A stretch of 64,000 nt of DNA, from NCBI RefSeq assembly GCF_036321535.1, contig NC_087436.1:35466001-35530000 (forward strand), written 5' to 3'. The first letter of the stretch is position 1, and the number at the start of each line of letters is the position of its first letter. Under the pieces are notes generated by a model. That model had not been told where the DNA came from. It saw only the letters and a list, made by a program, of their open reading frames with translations, and did no database searches. Made by a program: the position numbers and the translations under genes. This DNA is from Camelus dromedarius. Taxonomy: Eukaryota. This document shows positions 41,101 to 53,769 of the stretch, piece by piece.

Positions 41101-41197
41101 CCCATTCTCTCCTGGACTGTCCACCGCCCCTCACAGATCAACTGTTCCCTGAAATGCCACATACTCCCAAACTACCCTTCCTCATTTGCCCCAGTTC

Positions 41198-42097
41198 TGT
41201 GAAGTAATAGGAAAACTGTGTACACACACACACACAGACACATACACACATGTATATTTATACACACACACACACATTTCTATATATATTGGTCTATATA
41301 TATTTGCTTCTTGCCTTAGTTCTGGGTACAGAACTCTTAAATGCCTTGGAATTTCTTGGGTGACATGAGTCTCTTCTGTACCAATGAGGTGATCTTAGAA
41401 AGCGTCCAGATATGGCTGGTCACCAGAAAGAACAAGCCACGATTATTAAAAGCTTGGAAGCTGCAGACCCACTTCCCATCCTCCAGGAGAGGATAACGGA
41501 CTGGAGGCTGAATTAAGGATCGATCATGCCTGTGTGATGAAGCCTCCATAAAAATCCCCAAAGAATGGGGTTCAGAGAGCTTCTAGGTTGCTGAACACAT
41601 GGAGGACCGAGAGATGGTGCCAACGAGCTCATGGAAGCTCCACACCCCCTCCCCCATAACTTGCACTACACATCTCTTCCATCTGAATGCCCGTCTGTAT
41701 CCTTTATCATATCCTTCTATTACGAAACAGTAAATGTAAATGTTTCCCTGAGTTCTGTAAGCCATTCTAGCAAACTATCAAACCCAAGTAGGGGGTCATG
41801 GGAACCTGATGTATAGCTGGTCAGTCAGCAGTACAAGTGACTATTGGTGACCTGCAGTTGGCATCTGAAGTTGGGGGAGGCCAGTCTTGTGGGACTGAGC
41901 CCTTAACCCGTGGGATCTGACAGTACCTGCAGGTAGACAGTGTCAGAATTTAATTAAATTGTAGAACACTCAGCTGGTGTCAGAGAATTGCTTGGCGCGG
42001 GTGGGGGGGCACATATTTGGTGACCAGAAATGTCAGAAGTGAAGTGTGGTAGCCATGTGAGAGTAAAGGAAACACACAGGAGTGTTCTTCCTAAACA
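41198..42097 (+). mobile_element. Near full-length MER21-family solo LTR with an internal (CA/TA)n expansion
   Basis: ggctggtcaccagaaagaacaagcca...gaagcctccataaaaatcccc...tttccctgagttctgtaagcc...gtcttgtgggactgagcccttaacc...ttggtgaccagaaatgtcagaagtga, with TG...CA ends. Confidence 0.88.
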
Positions 42098-42510
42098 AGC
42101 CTTTAAATTCTTATTCTTATCCCAGGTTTTCCTTAACGATCCCTCTCTCCCATCAGCAGTTTCCAGTTAGAAGTAAGCCAGCTAGCAAAACTAACTTAAA
42201 CTACGATTCAACATTTTAAAGGCACTATTTGTTCATACAAATGACTCTCTAACTGGTAGCGCTTAAGGGATTATGGGAGAATGAGCATACGAGGGCTACC
42301 CCGGTACCTGGGACCATCCCAAACACCCTCTACCCTAGACCTGTCATTCTTCTGTCAACACCAAATCCTCTTCCTGACCAACAGCAAATATTTAAAAGGA
42401 GGTCAACTAAGATTCAGAACACAGTCGATTCCAGGAATCAGAGATAAATTAACCCGTTGGTATTGTTATTAGATCTGACATCCAGGCCACTTCACCATCA
42501 CAATCTAGTG

Positions 42511-42653
42511 CCTTGGTACCCAAGTGTGGTCCCCAGACCAACAGCATCAGCATCTCCAGGGAACTTGCTAAATCTGCAGACTATCTGGGCTCCACCTTGG
42601 ATCCACTAAATCTCTGAGGATTTGTAGACACAGTAAAGTCTGAGAAGCTGCCG
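42511..42653. mobile_element. MER5A-like hAT-Charlie MITE
   Basis: caagtgtggtccccagaccaacagcatcagcatctccagggaacttgctaaa...taaagtctgagaagc. Confidence 0.8.
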
Positions 42654-45600
42654 TAATCTCCAGCGCTGAACATGGTCAGCAAGTCTTTTCACAGGTGATA
42701 CATGCTTGCACTTAGTGTGTAAGCTGAGCTCCTGCTCTTTTCACTAGCAGGACTCCTGGGGATACCTGCCAAGCACCTTTCTTCCTATCCGGTCCCGATG
42801 GAGTAATGAGAGAAGAATGTCCTAGCATGAACAGCCAAGGCTGGAAGTAAGCTTGGCTCTGTTACCCTCAACGGTTCTCAGCTGCCTTCAGACTTCGAAA
42901 ATGAACTTTCTGGTTTCCACATTCACACCATGTTATAGTCATTATGACAGAATGGTATCTGGACTCCTCAGAGTCACCGTATTGACCCCTTGGCTATGCA
43001 TGCTGGTACAAAGCCAAAACCAAAGCTAAGGGCCATTCAACATAATCGCTCCAAATGACAAAAGTCCGCCAGGCCTACTACTTCACTGGGCCTTTCTATT
43101 GCAGAGATACACAGAACCCTGTGCTCCACGGCAGCTACCCGATCGCCGTGTCGTCTTCACGTTCTGCTCCGGGAGGTAAAAAAGTGAGAGTGACAGGTGG
43201 AGACAAAGCTCTGGCCCTGCATGTAAGCCGGCCACATCCCTTGGGATGAAAAACTGTCAAGGGGTCCCTAGGTAACGAATGAAACCAATACTTGGATTTG
43301 ATCCATGTGACTGTGGGAGTGCATTTCTTCCATTTCTAGGGACTCTGTGGGCCCTGAAAGCTAGTGATATGCCAACTTCAGACTCACGTTTGGGGGCAAA
43401 GAGAAAGAATTTCTATCTCAACAGCTAAGTCTTGTGGAAGAATTGCATGTGTTCTCCCAAAAACGCTCCAAGCTCACCTAGAAGGAACACAGAACAGCAT
43501 GTACTGTGTGTTTCTACGTAAGTTTTCAATGAACAGAAAAGGGACAATAACGGACGGTGTACAAGGGAGATCAAGAGATGATTATAAACATAAAACAATC
43601 CTATCCCAGCAGAAATAGTCACCTGGCCAAAGCCACATCCTAGTGAAGTATTTTGCCAGCATCCTGTGTATTGAGTACCTTTTTTCCCTTTGGGTTTTCT
43701 CATTAGAAATGCAAATAGTATGTGTGGGGGTTTTCCCGCTGAGAATTTTCTCATTGGCCTTTTCCCACTCGTCTTGGTGTCTGCATGAAATTAAGAGAAA
43801 GCAACTGTGGGAAAGGAGTAAGTGTATATATCAGCCATGCCTCCGTCCCCACGGCTTACAGTAACGTCAGGGAAGGGGCATAGGAAAAAAAAAAAAAAAG
43901 TACCAGAGTCTGTGAAAATCTGGCCTGTATAATGCTTGGTTTTCATGAAAGTTGTCTTTACCATTTCGCTAACTCTAGGTCTCCTGCCACGACCCCTTCC
44001 ACTGCTTTCACACTGCCATCCATACCTTGATGTCACTGCAGGTGTAAGGACAGTCACGGGGCAGGGGCAACGTCTTTTAAATCCTTCCTACTGCCACAGC
44101 TCAGAGTTCGGTTCGGTGTGCACAAAAGCACTCAATGAGCACTCATTTTTAAAAATGCATGAATCTCTCAGAACTTTCTGTGGCAGGAACTCAAAAGGAA
44201 GGTTGAATTATTCTTTGGGTAGAGACAGAGAGCTAAGTATACTGAAGCAATAAAAATGCTGTTGCCCAGTGGACAGTGTGGCCAGCCCACATCATTCAGC
44301 TAGATGCATGGACGTGAGGGACGCTGAGAGGACATTCTTGGCCTGAGCTTCCTGAGGCCCTCGACCCTCCTTGCAGCCCTAGAGAGGGGAGAGGTAGCCT
44401 CGCCTCTTACCCCTGCAGGCTTTGACCCAGTCAGGAAAGATGCCAAAAGTTGGGCTTGGATTGCTAACCCTTTCTTTGGGCCCCCAGAACCACAGAGCAA
44501 GCTTCCTCTCAGACTCATTGTATTCATTTGCCAACAGCCCTGAAAATAATGGATAAAGACACCAGCAAGACAGAAAGAGAAGGCGAGAGGACTGGCCCTC
44601 GGCTCCCCTCAACACACACAGACAGCATAGCCCGGATCTACCAGTTTGGTTTCAGAGAGTTAGCCAGAGCTGCACTATCTTCTTTAATGCCATCAAGAAA
44701 TTTCAACCTTCGGCAGCTTTTATCTTCATGGTTTTTTTCTCAACTGCAATATCCTGTTACTATTTTATTTTACACGCCAATTCTGCATGATTGATTTCGC
44801 TGTCTCAGGAAAATGCTGTGTTACACCACCACAGAAGACATTAAACTGAATGGAAAGTCTTCCAACATTTTGGTCCTTCATTGTAACTATTAAGCTTTCT
44901 TCTTCAATCCACAGAGAAGCAGGGAAGGGTAACAGTTTAACTACTTCTTTGAATTCTGAAAATCAGTTAAAATTATCCTCTGCTTATACTGGGGGAGAAT
45001 TTTAAGCAAACTTCCAAAGTAAGTTCACTTTGCAGTGAATTTTCAAAATAAGTGATAGTCATAAAGCCACGACCAACTTCAGATAGATGTGCGGAAGTGC
45101 TTCGCAGAAGGCTGACTACCTCTGGCATCGCTAAATCAGGAGCGGACAGCCCACGAGGGTCCCTTTGGCAACAAGCACCCACACGTAGTCGGAAGTACAC
45201 AGGAGGAAAAAGTGAAAACATCTTCTGTTTGGCCAAAAGCTTGTCTCAGTGTCTCCTCTGGGCTACGTTACCACCTATTCCAGTGTCGATGATTAAATAG
45301 GACCCCACCTATTTTGATATCTCAGTGATGGATGAAAAATTCTTGCTGTTGATGCTTCTTCTCTGGGCTTGGCCTTTTCTCATTCTAATCTCTGATATCC
45401 CATGCCTTCTTACTCTGCAAATTCAAACTCCTTCCCTCACCTGTCAAACCAAACCAAACCAAGCCCCTCCTGCCAATCCATACTCTTTGTTCTGTTCATC
45501 TGAATTATTCCCGATCCACTGCTGCCCCAGAGAGACAATCTGGCACGAGTTTGCATGCCGTAAGGACTAGCACTCCCCAAACAGGACATGACATGCTTTG

Positions 45601-47904
45601 CAGAATCAATCACACGCAAGTTATTTAAAGAGTCCATATAAACACACACTCAAATATTAAAGAAAAATGTGCCGTCACTGCTAGGACGTCTCCAAAGAGG
45701 AATCTGTGGTGAAAAGCCTTAAAAGGCGGGAATGAATAGGGCATGGCCTTTCACAGTACGAGGCACAGCTACTTGACCCAGGAGAGGCTGAGAGTCAGTG
45801 TGAAACAGGCCGTAAGGGTAGTGAACACACTACCGTCTGTGTGGCTCCATCTCTGTAGCCACCAAAGACCAGTGTCCTCCCTCCAGAAGGTTAACCCCCC
45901 CCCACCAGCTGAGCCTGGCCCAGAGCCCGCCGTCTGTTCCACTGGCAAATGCCTTCTGAAACCACCTTCTGCGAACAGTTCAGTTCTCAGGCTGCTCTAG
46001 CACAGCTGCGGCCAGCTGCACGCGGCCTCCAGCCCCGCCAAGGACTATGTACCAGATGATTCTTGTCCATTGAAAATACTGGAAACAATAAGGGCTAATT
46101 GGTACTGCCGAGAAACTGGATCCACCGAGAGGGACGCAAGGAAAGCTGTGACATTTGAGGAACAGGCAGACACTTCCCCTGCAAGCATTCACCGAAACAG
46201 GTATAACATAAGGACATTAATCCCTCAGATTCCCAGACACACATTTATTTTCTGGTTCCTTTGTTTGTAATTTTGTTCCTTTCTGGTGGGAGGAAGTTTA
46301 GGAGGGGGAGAATTCTCTCATACTTCACCCAATACATTTTCTTTTCTTCTTTGTCAAAGAGCGTAAAAACGACTTTGATACTCTGCTGGAATGTTGTCAC
46401 AGTTCTGAATTTGGAAACCGATATAACCATGGCTGTAAAGGACAAGGTACAACAAGTAACGCTTTGTAAAACTCAGAAAACTGATCGACATCTGAGAACA
46501 AACTTGGTCCAGCCAAATATTTCTATGTGTACTGCTTCTCACTCTAGTTAGAACTACCGTGGACCACTTCACAGACACTGCAAGAATCTTGCGTAGTATA
46601 ATTGCACGTATCTTATAATGCTTTGTGCTATTGTTTTTATAAATTTTTATTCCCACAATTAATGCTAAGATTTTTGTTGTCATGAGCTAATTTTCTCTTA
46701 CAGAAAATGAGAAATGAAAATAAATGATAAGTAATGCATGTCTTAAAAAGACAACTAAAATCAGAATTGCTGCTTTTAGATAGATCATTTAAACTCCACA
46801 CAGTAGCTGGATGTCTTCAAGGTAAAGACATTTTTAGTGCTGGAGCATTATCAACCTCTTCTAGACATCTCTTGGCAGACGTTTCTGACGGCCTTCCATC
46901 AGTTTTTGTCATTCTTTCCCTCCTCCGGCGCTGTGCCTTCCCACACTCACTGAGTGGAACTTTTGGATCATTCTTAAAGTAGATGAGGGAAGAGACCAAG
47001 AGAAAAAAAATAATTGAAGAACAGGGGTACTCTCTAATGGTAACAAATATTTAACTTGAAAAATGTCTAAGAATAAATCTCCCCTAGGTGGGCAGATGCA
47101 TAGAAAATCTTTGAAAGAACAATCCCAGTGTTTAAGTATGAAAAGCTGAACCACCGTGATTTGATTCACTTGTTCCCAATGTACCTACGTCCACTGAAGT
47201 TTTCCTTTGCAAAGAGCTACGTGAACTCCTGCATCTTGTCCCTCTCCTGGCTAATTATTTAAAGAGATGATTCAATGCCATGTTTGAAAAGATAAGAGGC
47301 TTTTATTACGAAGGGTCAGTATTCAGAGTATGGCAAAACAGTTTACTTCACAATACTTCTTAAAATTCTTTTCCCACTGACAAATTTGGCCCTTTCACAG
47401 AGACAGGATCAGTGAGCTTCCGGAAGGAGAACGTCTCGGGTTTGCCAAGAGTCTCCCCTACTGGGCTGATGACACCTATTAAACCTCCAAAAGAGAAAAT
47501 CCTCCAGAGGTCAGGCAGCAGGAGTTCAGGTCCCAGGTCCCAACCGTTTCTTGTTTCTTAATTTGGAGTGAGTCAGGCAATGGCGCAGCAGGGTTCCAGG
47601 TGCAGGAAGGAAAGTGAATTGTTTTGCAACTTCAAGGCATCGTTAGGAAGAGAATGGGGTCATGCATAGATGATGCTATTGTTCCTGTGAAACTTCAGTG
47701 GGATCCAGAGCAAGCTGCAAATTCATTTGGCATTCCTCTTGTTCTAATACCAGCCTCAGCCCACAATGTGTCTCGGGGCATTAAAAGGTGTTCTGCATCT
47801 CAGAAACAATTTGGGAAGAATAGATTTCATTGAAAGCATGCTCATTCTGGATTTTAAAGTATCGACGTGTGGAACTTGGGATGGAGAGAGAAGTGGGAGT
47901 CAGC

Positions 47905-48209
47905 TGTGGCAGAAACTGGGATAGTTTTGTCCCTCACTATCCTTTAGTTTTCTCTAGTTATGGGATTCCTGAGCTAGTTGGGCATTTGGCCACCTGGAAC
48001 AAAGAGTTTTTTCCCAGCCACTCTGTGTTTAGGTATAGCCATTTGTCTAAAGTCTGGCCTGAGAGATGTTAATAGAAGTAATGTGTGCAACTTATGATAA
48101 ATATCCTTAAAGGGAGAGGGCAGGGTTGTCTCCTTCCTTCTCCTCCTCCACTACTTGAAAAGTGGCATGATGGCTGGAGCTTAAGCAGCCTTCTTGGACC
48201 GTGGGGTGA
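47905..48209 (+). mobile_element. 5' part of an MLT1I/J-like MaLR LTR, truncated at the inversion breakpoint
   Basis: tgtggcagaaactgg...ttcccagcc...agaagtaatgtgtgcaactt...tccttaaaggga...tgatggctggagc...agcagccttcttggaccgtggggtga. Confidence 0.75.
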
Positions 48210-48711
48210 ACCAGATGAAGAGATACGTAGGACAAGGTCTGAGAGGGTCCCGATACCAGGAGCTTCTGCCTCTGTGGAGCTAGGGTGTATAGCCCTTCCA
48301 GTGTGGATGTGTTCAACAAGCTGGAAGGTCTCTGAACCCTGTACATTTTGGATTTTATAGAGGCTTCATGTGGGCATGATTGATCAGTAACTCTATTTTC
48401 AGTCCCTTTCCCTTCTCAAGAGAATGGGGAGTGGGGCTGAAAATTCCAAGCTTCTAATCATGGCTTGGTCTTTCCTGTGACCAGCCCACAACCAGGAGCC
48501 TAAACAGAGTTGCCTCATTAAAACAGAAAAACTCCTATCACCCAGCAAATTGTAAGGGTTTCAGGAGCCTTGTGTAAGGAACCAAGGTCAAAGACCAGAT
48601 ATTAGAACAAAAGATGCTCCTAGTCTCTTATCATTTAAGAAATTACAAGGGTATTAGGACTCTGCCAGGAACCTAGGGCAGAGACCAATATATTTATTTT
48701 CTATTTTCTCA
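48207..48711 (-). mobile_element. 5' half of a MER21(C)-like LTR
   Basis: The reverse complement is collinear with about 41.29-41.69 kb of the in-window MER21 (for example ccaagctt, ggcttggtctttc, gtgaccagcc, gaggcttca). Confidence 0.88.
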
Positions 48712-49309
48712 TGCTTATTTACTACAGCTCGTGGATCCCAATGTTTGAAATAGTGAGCAAATTTAGGTCAAAAGTTAAAAATAATTTTCATTAAAGAGAA
48801 TTGTATTATGTGTTAAATTTATAAAACTATTTCAGAGAATCATACAGTTAAGGCAACAAACCATATTTTGCATGAGTTCTTTCTGCATTTGTTAAAAGGT
48901 TTTCTCAATACTCTTGTTGGTTTTGTGAATCACAGAATTGCCAATTATTTGATAAATGTGGAGTATGAAGTTTAATATATTTAGACTTGGCAAAAGTCAT
49001 CCAACCAGTGAGTCACAAGTGAGAAATATCCAGTACAAATATGCTATTTCCCCTAAATTCTGATTAAGAAAAAAGAAATACGTGTTGAATTTTTTTTTTC
49101 AATTATTTTAACAGAGTCATAGCAAAACACTAGTCAAATACTAGAGTTGGACAGATGATTTCTCTGGGCCATTTCTTTAATTTTCAGATGAGAAAAGCAG
49201 AACTAGAAAGTTGACCTGATACGTGCCTCTTCATCCACCCAGGGATGCCAGCCACTCACATCCCAGAGAAGCCCGTGACAGCCTGCCTGCCACCAGAACT
49301 CATAGTCAC

Positions 49310-49570
49310 ACGCACCGTCCTCTGCACGCTGGGTGTTGTCACGTGCCAGACACTGCACTAGTGTCTGACTTAATCCTTGCAATAATCCAACAAGGTCCTT
49401 AAGACTATCATCTTGGTTTAACAGGAAAAGAGAGAGAGGGCGAGAGGGAGATAGAGAGAGAGAGAGGAGAATTAAAGGGCTGGATTCACTTCCTCAACTA
49501 AATGATGAAAGAGCTTTGAATCTGGGTCTCCCTGACTGTAAAACCCAACCTCTTTTCAACCATTCCATCA
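49310..49570 (-). mobile_element. MIR SINE interrupted by (GA)n (about 49429-49468)
   Basis: cacgtgccagacactgcacta...ttaatccttgcaataatcc...gagctttgaatctgggtctccctgactgtaaaaccc. Confidence 0.7.
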
Positions 49571-49971
49571 CTGAATGATGGTGCTCTGGTGAGCCAGTTG
49601 CCAAGGATGGAAGATTTAAGGCAAGTGTGTGACAAGATCAGTGCAGAACTTTTGGTGGAATGATCTAAACAGGGTGTGTGATTCTGGAGGGGAAGAGACT
49701 AATTTTGTGTCTACTGGAGTTCCTTTGAATGGAGAATACAGGTGATCTCGTATTTAATTAAGTGGTTCTCTCTGCTTTAATTATCCTGATTCCTGTCCTA
49801 AGAGTCTTCCTCATTCTCCTCCCTGCCATCAACCCAGGTTTAGAAGGAGGATGGAAGAGATAAACAGATGAATAAAAACAAGTAGCCCAAGAAGCTTTGC
49901 ACCAATTCATTCTATAAATAGTTATCGAGTAAATACATGTGCCAAATACTATTCCTGACCTCATAAACCTT

Positions 49972-49973
<2 letters not shown>

Positions 49974-50009
<36 letters not shown>
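49974..50009. repeat. (GT)n microsatellite
   Basis: About 18 GT units, directly visible. Confidence 0.95.
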
Positions 50010-50011
<2 letters not shown>

Positions 50012-50649
50012 GATGCATATACGCATATAAACAAGGAACTTTATGTGACTATAAATAACTTTTCACAGGAGTAGCTCTTCACAGGAGTGAACACATTTGG
50101 GGAATACTGATTAATATTTAGATGCATATTTAAAATGTTTTAAAAATAAGTTTCTAATGCTAAATTTGGGGGCTGAGAATTTGAGCCCAGAAGATGTTGG
50201 TGCTGACCTCTGATCCCTTAACTGATGAAAAGGCTTGCAGTCCTGAGATGGCTGCTCTCAAACAGTGTTTTCAGAGCTCTCCAAATCTCCAGGAACACTT
50301 CATTTTTGCATATGTTATAACTATTTGCTGAAAAATTCATCCTGTAGATCACTAAACACTCCAGGGAATAGACTAGGTGAGAAGGGTAAGATAGGCTGTG
50401 ATGTGAGAGTAACTGGCAAAACAAGGGAGAGGAAAAAACTCCCTGCTTTTCTTTTGCTTGGAAAATAAATATGCGGGAAACTCATGTCCACGGCAGCCTT
50501 AGCTTTTTTTTTCTTTTTAAAACTATGGAGATATTTAAAAAACAAAAGCAAAAACAAACTGCATCTGGAAACATTTTGAGTTAAGGCACTGTAAAAAATG
50601 TGCTGGATGATATATTGGGAGGACAGTTGGTTTTAACACTAAAACTAAA

Positions 50650-50792
50650 AATGAGGTTGTTTATGTCTCTGTTCTATGTCTGGAGGAAAAAAATTCAGTG
50701 TGATTAGCAAGGCTGTGCTCCACGAAGCCTTCAGGGACCTAGGTGCCTCCTAGCTTGATGTTTCACCACCTGTGACCTCTCTTCTGAAGGTC
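50650..50792 (-). mobile_element. 3' part of the same MLT1I/J-like LTR, in inverted orientation
   Basis: The reverse complement reads gaccttcagaagagaggtcac...caagctaggaggcacctaggtccctgaaggcttcgtggagcacagcc...cctccagac...agagacataaac, the expected continuation after gaccatgaggtga. Confidence 0.7.
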
Positions 50793-51207
50793 TTCCCTGA
50801 GTTCTGAGAGCCACCCTAGCAAATTAATCCAACCCAAGGAAGCGGTCAATGGAACTGCTGATCTATAGCCAGTTGGTCAGAAGAACAGGTGATAATTTGA
50901 GTTTGCGACTGGTGTCTGATGGAGGGAAGGGGGAAGTCCGTCTTGTGGGATTGAGCCCTTAACCTGTGGGATGTGACACTATGTCCAGGTACATAGGATG
51001 AGAATTGAGTTAAATTATAGGACCCAGCTGGTGTCACAGAGGATCACTTGTTGTGAGGAAAAACCTCCACACACTTGGTGACCAAAAGTGTCAGAAGTGA
51101 TGTGTTCTGCAAGTAATAAGGAGACACACAAGGAATAAAACAGAGTAGGGAAGAGCAGGGTTTTCCCCACAGCAGAAGGGAAAGACTGGGTTGTCTCTAT
51201 TTCCACA
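50793..51207 (+). mobile_element. 3' half of a MER21(C)-like LTR
   Basis: ttccctgagttctgagagcc...tcttgtgggattgagcccttaacctgtgggat...ttggtgaccaaaagtgtcagaagtga is collinear with 41744-42097. Confidence 0.9.
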
Positions 51208-53315
51208 GGTACATAACCTGGGGTTCTAAAGGTATTCTTCTCTGAGGCAAAATATAGAATATGCTAAAGACTTTTGCATTAGAGGTGTGAGATTATTGGA
51301 AGCATAGACAGTGAAAAGGAAGCGTTTTGCTTAAACTATATTATATAGGAGCCTGAGTGACTTCCATCTACGTCAGAAAACAAATCTACACTGCATGTGA
51401 TTCCACGAGAGTAGGATACTTTATCCTTTGAAACATCTGGCGTCCAGCTTGCCACCATTAAAAATGACTAAAATAGCATGTCCTGCTTCTTAAATATAAA
51501 AGCCATGAGTCAAACCCAGATCCCTGAGTGCCTGTTGTCCCTGAAATACATGGGGGACTGAATGCTCAGAGTGAGTGCAAAAACAAAAATTTAGTTCTGG
51601 AACTTTTGGACAAATAAGGAGAATGGCTCTGAGCAGAGGCTAAATTGGATTGGAACATATGTTTGGTTTCTGCAGCCAAAGTACATAATCAAGTATCACA
51701 AACAAAAGCTTGATACCAGACTGGCCAGGGAAACTCGTTTTGTCATTCTGAAATCTGCTCCACTTTAAGCAAATCCTCTCCAAACCAGAAACGAATATCT
51801 AATCATGCACTATGTTATTGGTCTTGGTTCACTGCTCTGCTTGTAAAGGTAAGAAAGAAATCAGTCCACTATTTAGAGAAAACCCTGATTACTTAAACTT
51901 AGTTTTCCAGTCAAGAAATTAATTTAAATGCATCTTTGCTAAGTACATATCTACTATGCCATAAAAGAGATACTAGTCAAGTTGCTAGAAATCAATCAAT
52001 AAGTCACTCTTTTTATGTGCTCAACCCTAAGGCAGCCACACTGAAAGACATAAAAGCCAAGGCCCCAGTCCTCATGTCTGCTCCCCAGTTAATTGGGCGG
52101 TTGTTGGTATTTGCAAACCCCAACTCAACACGCTTAATAAGAATGCAGTAATTTAATATCATTGACTGTCAGTTCTGGTTCTCAGGTTCAATTGATTCAA
52201 AAAATATAATTCTGAAATTCATTTATAGGCTTAGAAATACCACCATCCATGCCTTATTGTCAGCACTCAAAACTTCTACCCACATTTGGAACCACTTTTT
52301 TTTTCTGTTCCTAGAATCTCTTCTTCCTGGAAGGGGCTTCTACTTTCTGCTTAAAACTGGATCTTTATCTTCTGCCCATCTTTTCCAACCCCTCTCTTAA
52401 TCTAACTCGCTTTCCACACCTTCTAGTCCATTCTTTCAGTCCTTCCTCCTCTCTCCCCCAAAGGTCAGACACTAGTTTCAAGGCCACATTTCTAAAACCT
52501 TAAAAAGTACTCACCAACATTACAAAGTCTATATGCTAATATGTTTTATTAAAGATCCATAAAGTTTCACATACACTTCATTGAAATATACCTGCACAAG
52601 CCTTCTTCCAAAATGTCAGTCTTAAGAAAATTCTATCTCTTAAATTCATGTTAAGAAGAAAAACAGTGAGATGTATGGTTTTCTTAGCTATAAAACATTC
52701 TAAAGGAACTTCTGGGCACTTCTTTCAAAAAATATCTTTTAGTATTTGTCTACAGGACCAAACATGAAGTATATGATCTTCACTGTTCTGGCCCCAACCT
52801 GCCTCTTGAGACTTCCTTTTTCACCAATCCCATGCTCTCTCCGCACTCTCCCAGCCCACACCCCATAATCTACTTGAAGAGTAAATATACATAAATATAC
52901 ATGTTTCCAAGCCGAGTTTAAGTATAACCTTTTCCCTGTAAAAGGTGACTGATTCCCCCAAAAGGACTAAGCCCCATTTATGCCCTCACTGATACCTGGT
53001 CAGATGTCTATCACAGCGCCTAGAATACTGGGGTACATGAGGTTGGACGTTCTGGAACTCTTCTTCCAGAATTGTCCCCCATCTCAACCCATGCAGCTAT
53101 TTCAAGAGCAGCCACATTTTTACATGACCCTCTCCCAGTGGCTACACTTGACTGATCTAGAATTGGACCCTGGTCTAAACCAGGATGATCCAGTTACTTC
53201 TCAATGATTTTTTTTAATTTACATATATGTACTCATTGTTTCTAAAATCATTTAGAGCTTCAGCTTTTCAAACCTACATAGTTATCAAAGGAATAAAAGC
53301 CAACCACAAAATAAG

Positions 53316-53487
53316 AATTAACTCAAAAGATACATACACCCCGCTGTTAACAGCAACATTATTTATAATCGCCAAGATATGGAAGCATCCTAAGTGCACA
53401 TCAATAGATGAATGGATAAAGAAGACGCATCATATACATGGAATGGAATACAACTCACCCATTAAAAAGAAGGATATTTTGCCATTT
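53316..53487 (+). mobile_element. L1 ORF2 C-terminal fragment
   Basis: Translates KDTYTPLLTATLFIIAKIWKHPKCTSIDEWIKK...[15 protein letters not shown], homologous to the end of ORF2p (compare the ORF at 57406-57831). Confidence 0.88.
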
Positions 53488-53549
53488 TATGGCCCTTCAT
53501 TCACTTTTTTTTTTCATTTCAAAAACCAGAATTTTATAACTGGCATAAA

Positions 53550-53755
53550 CATTTCCATTGCACCAAAAACAACAAAATATCTAGAAATAAACTTAACCAA
53601 GGAGGTTACCTATATGCTGAAAACTGTAAAACATTTATGAAGGAAATTGAAGAATGTACAAAGAAATGGAATGACTTCTTGTGCTCTTGGATTGGAAGAA
53701 TCAATATCATCAAAATGGCCACACTACCCAAAGCAATCTACAGGTCCAATGCAAT
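53550..53755 (+). mobile_element. L1 ORF2 fragment just C-terminal to the RT core
   Basis: Encodes [11 protein letters not shown], then in a shifted frame [12 protein letters not shown]...[22 protein letters not shown], typical ORF2p motifs. Confidence 0.88.
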
Positions 53756-53769
53756 GATTCAACGATTTC

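Noticed and set aside
41198..51207. MER21 copies as paired LTRs of one provirus
   Set aside because: No gag/pol internal sequence lies between them, the copies differ in structure, and the second is explained as one LTR split by the inversion.
53227..53640. 137-aa chimeric ORF as a domesticated L1-derived gene
   Set aside because: It consists of degenerate ORF2 fragments with a frameshift in the second piece, and I see no promoter, splice or selection evidence.
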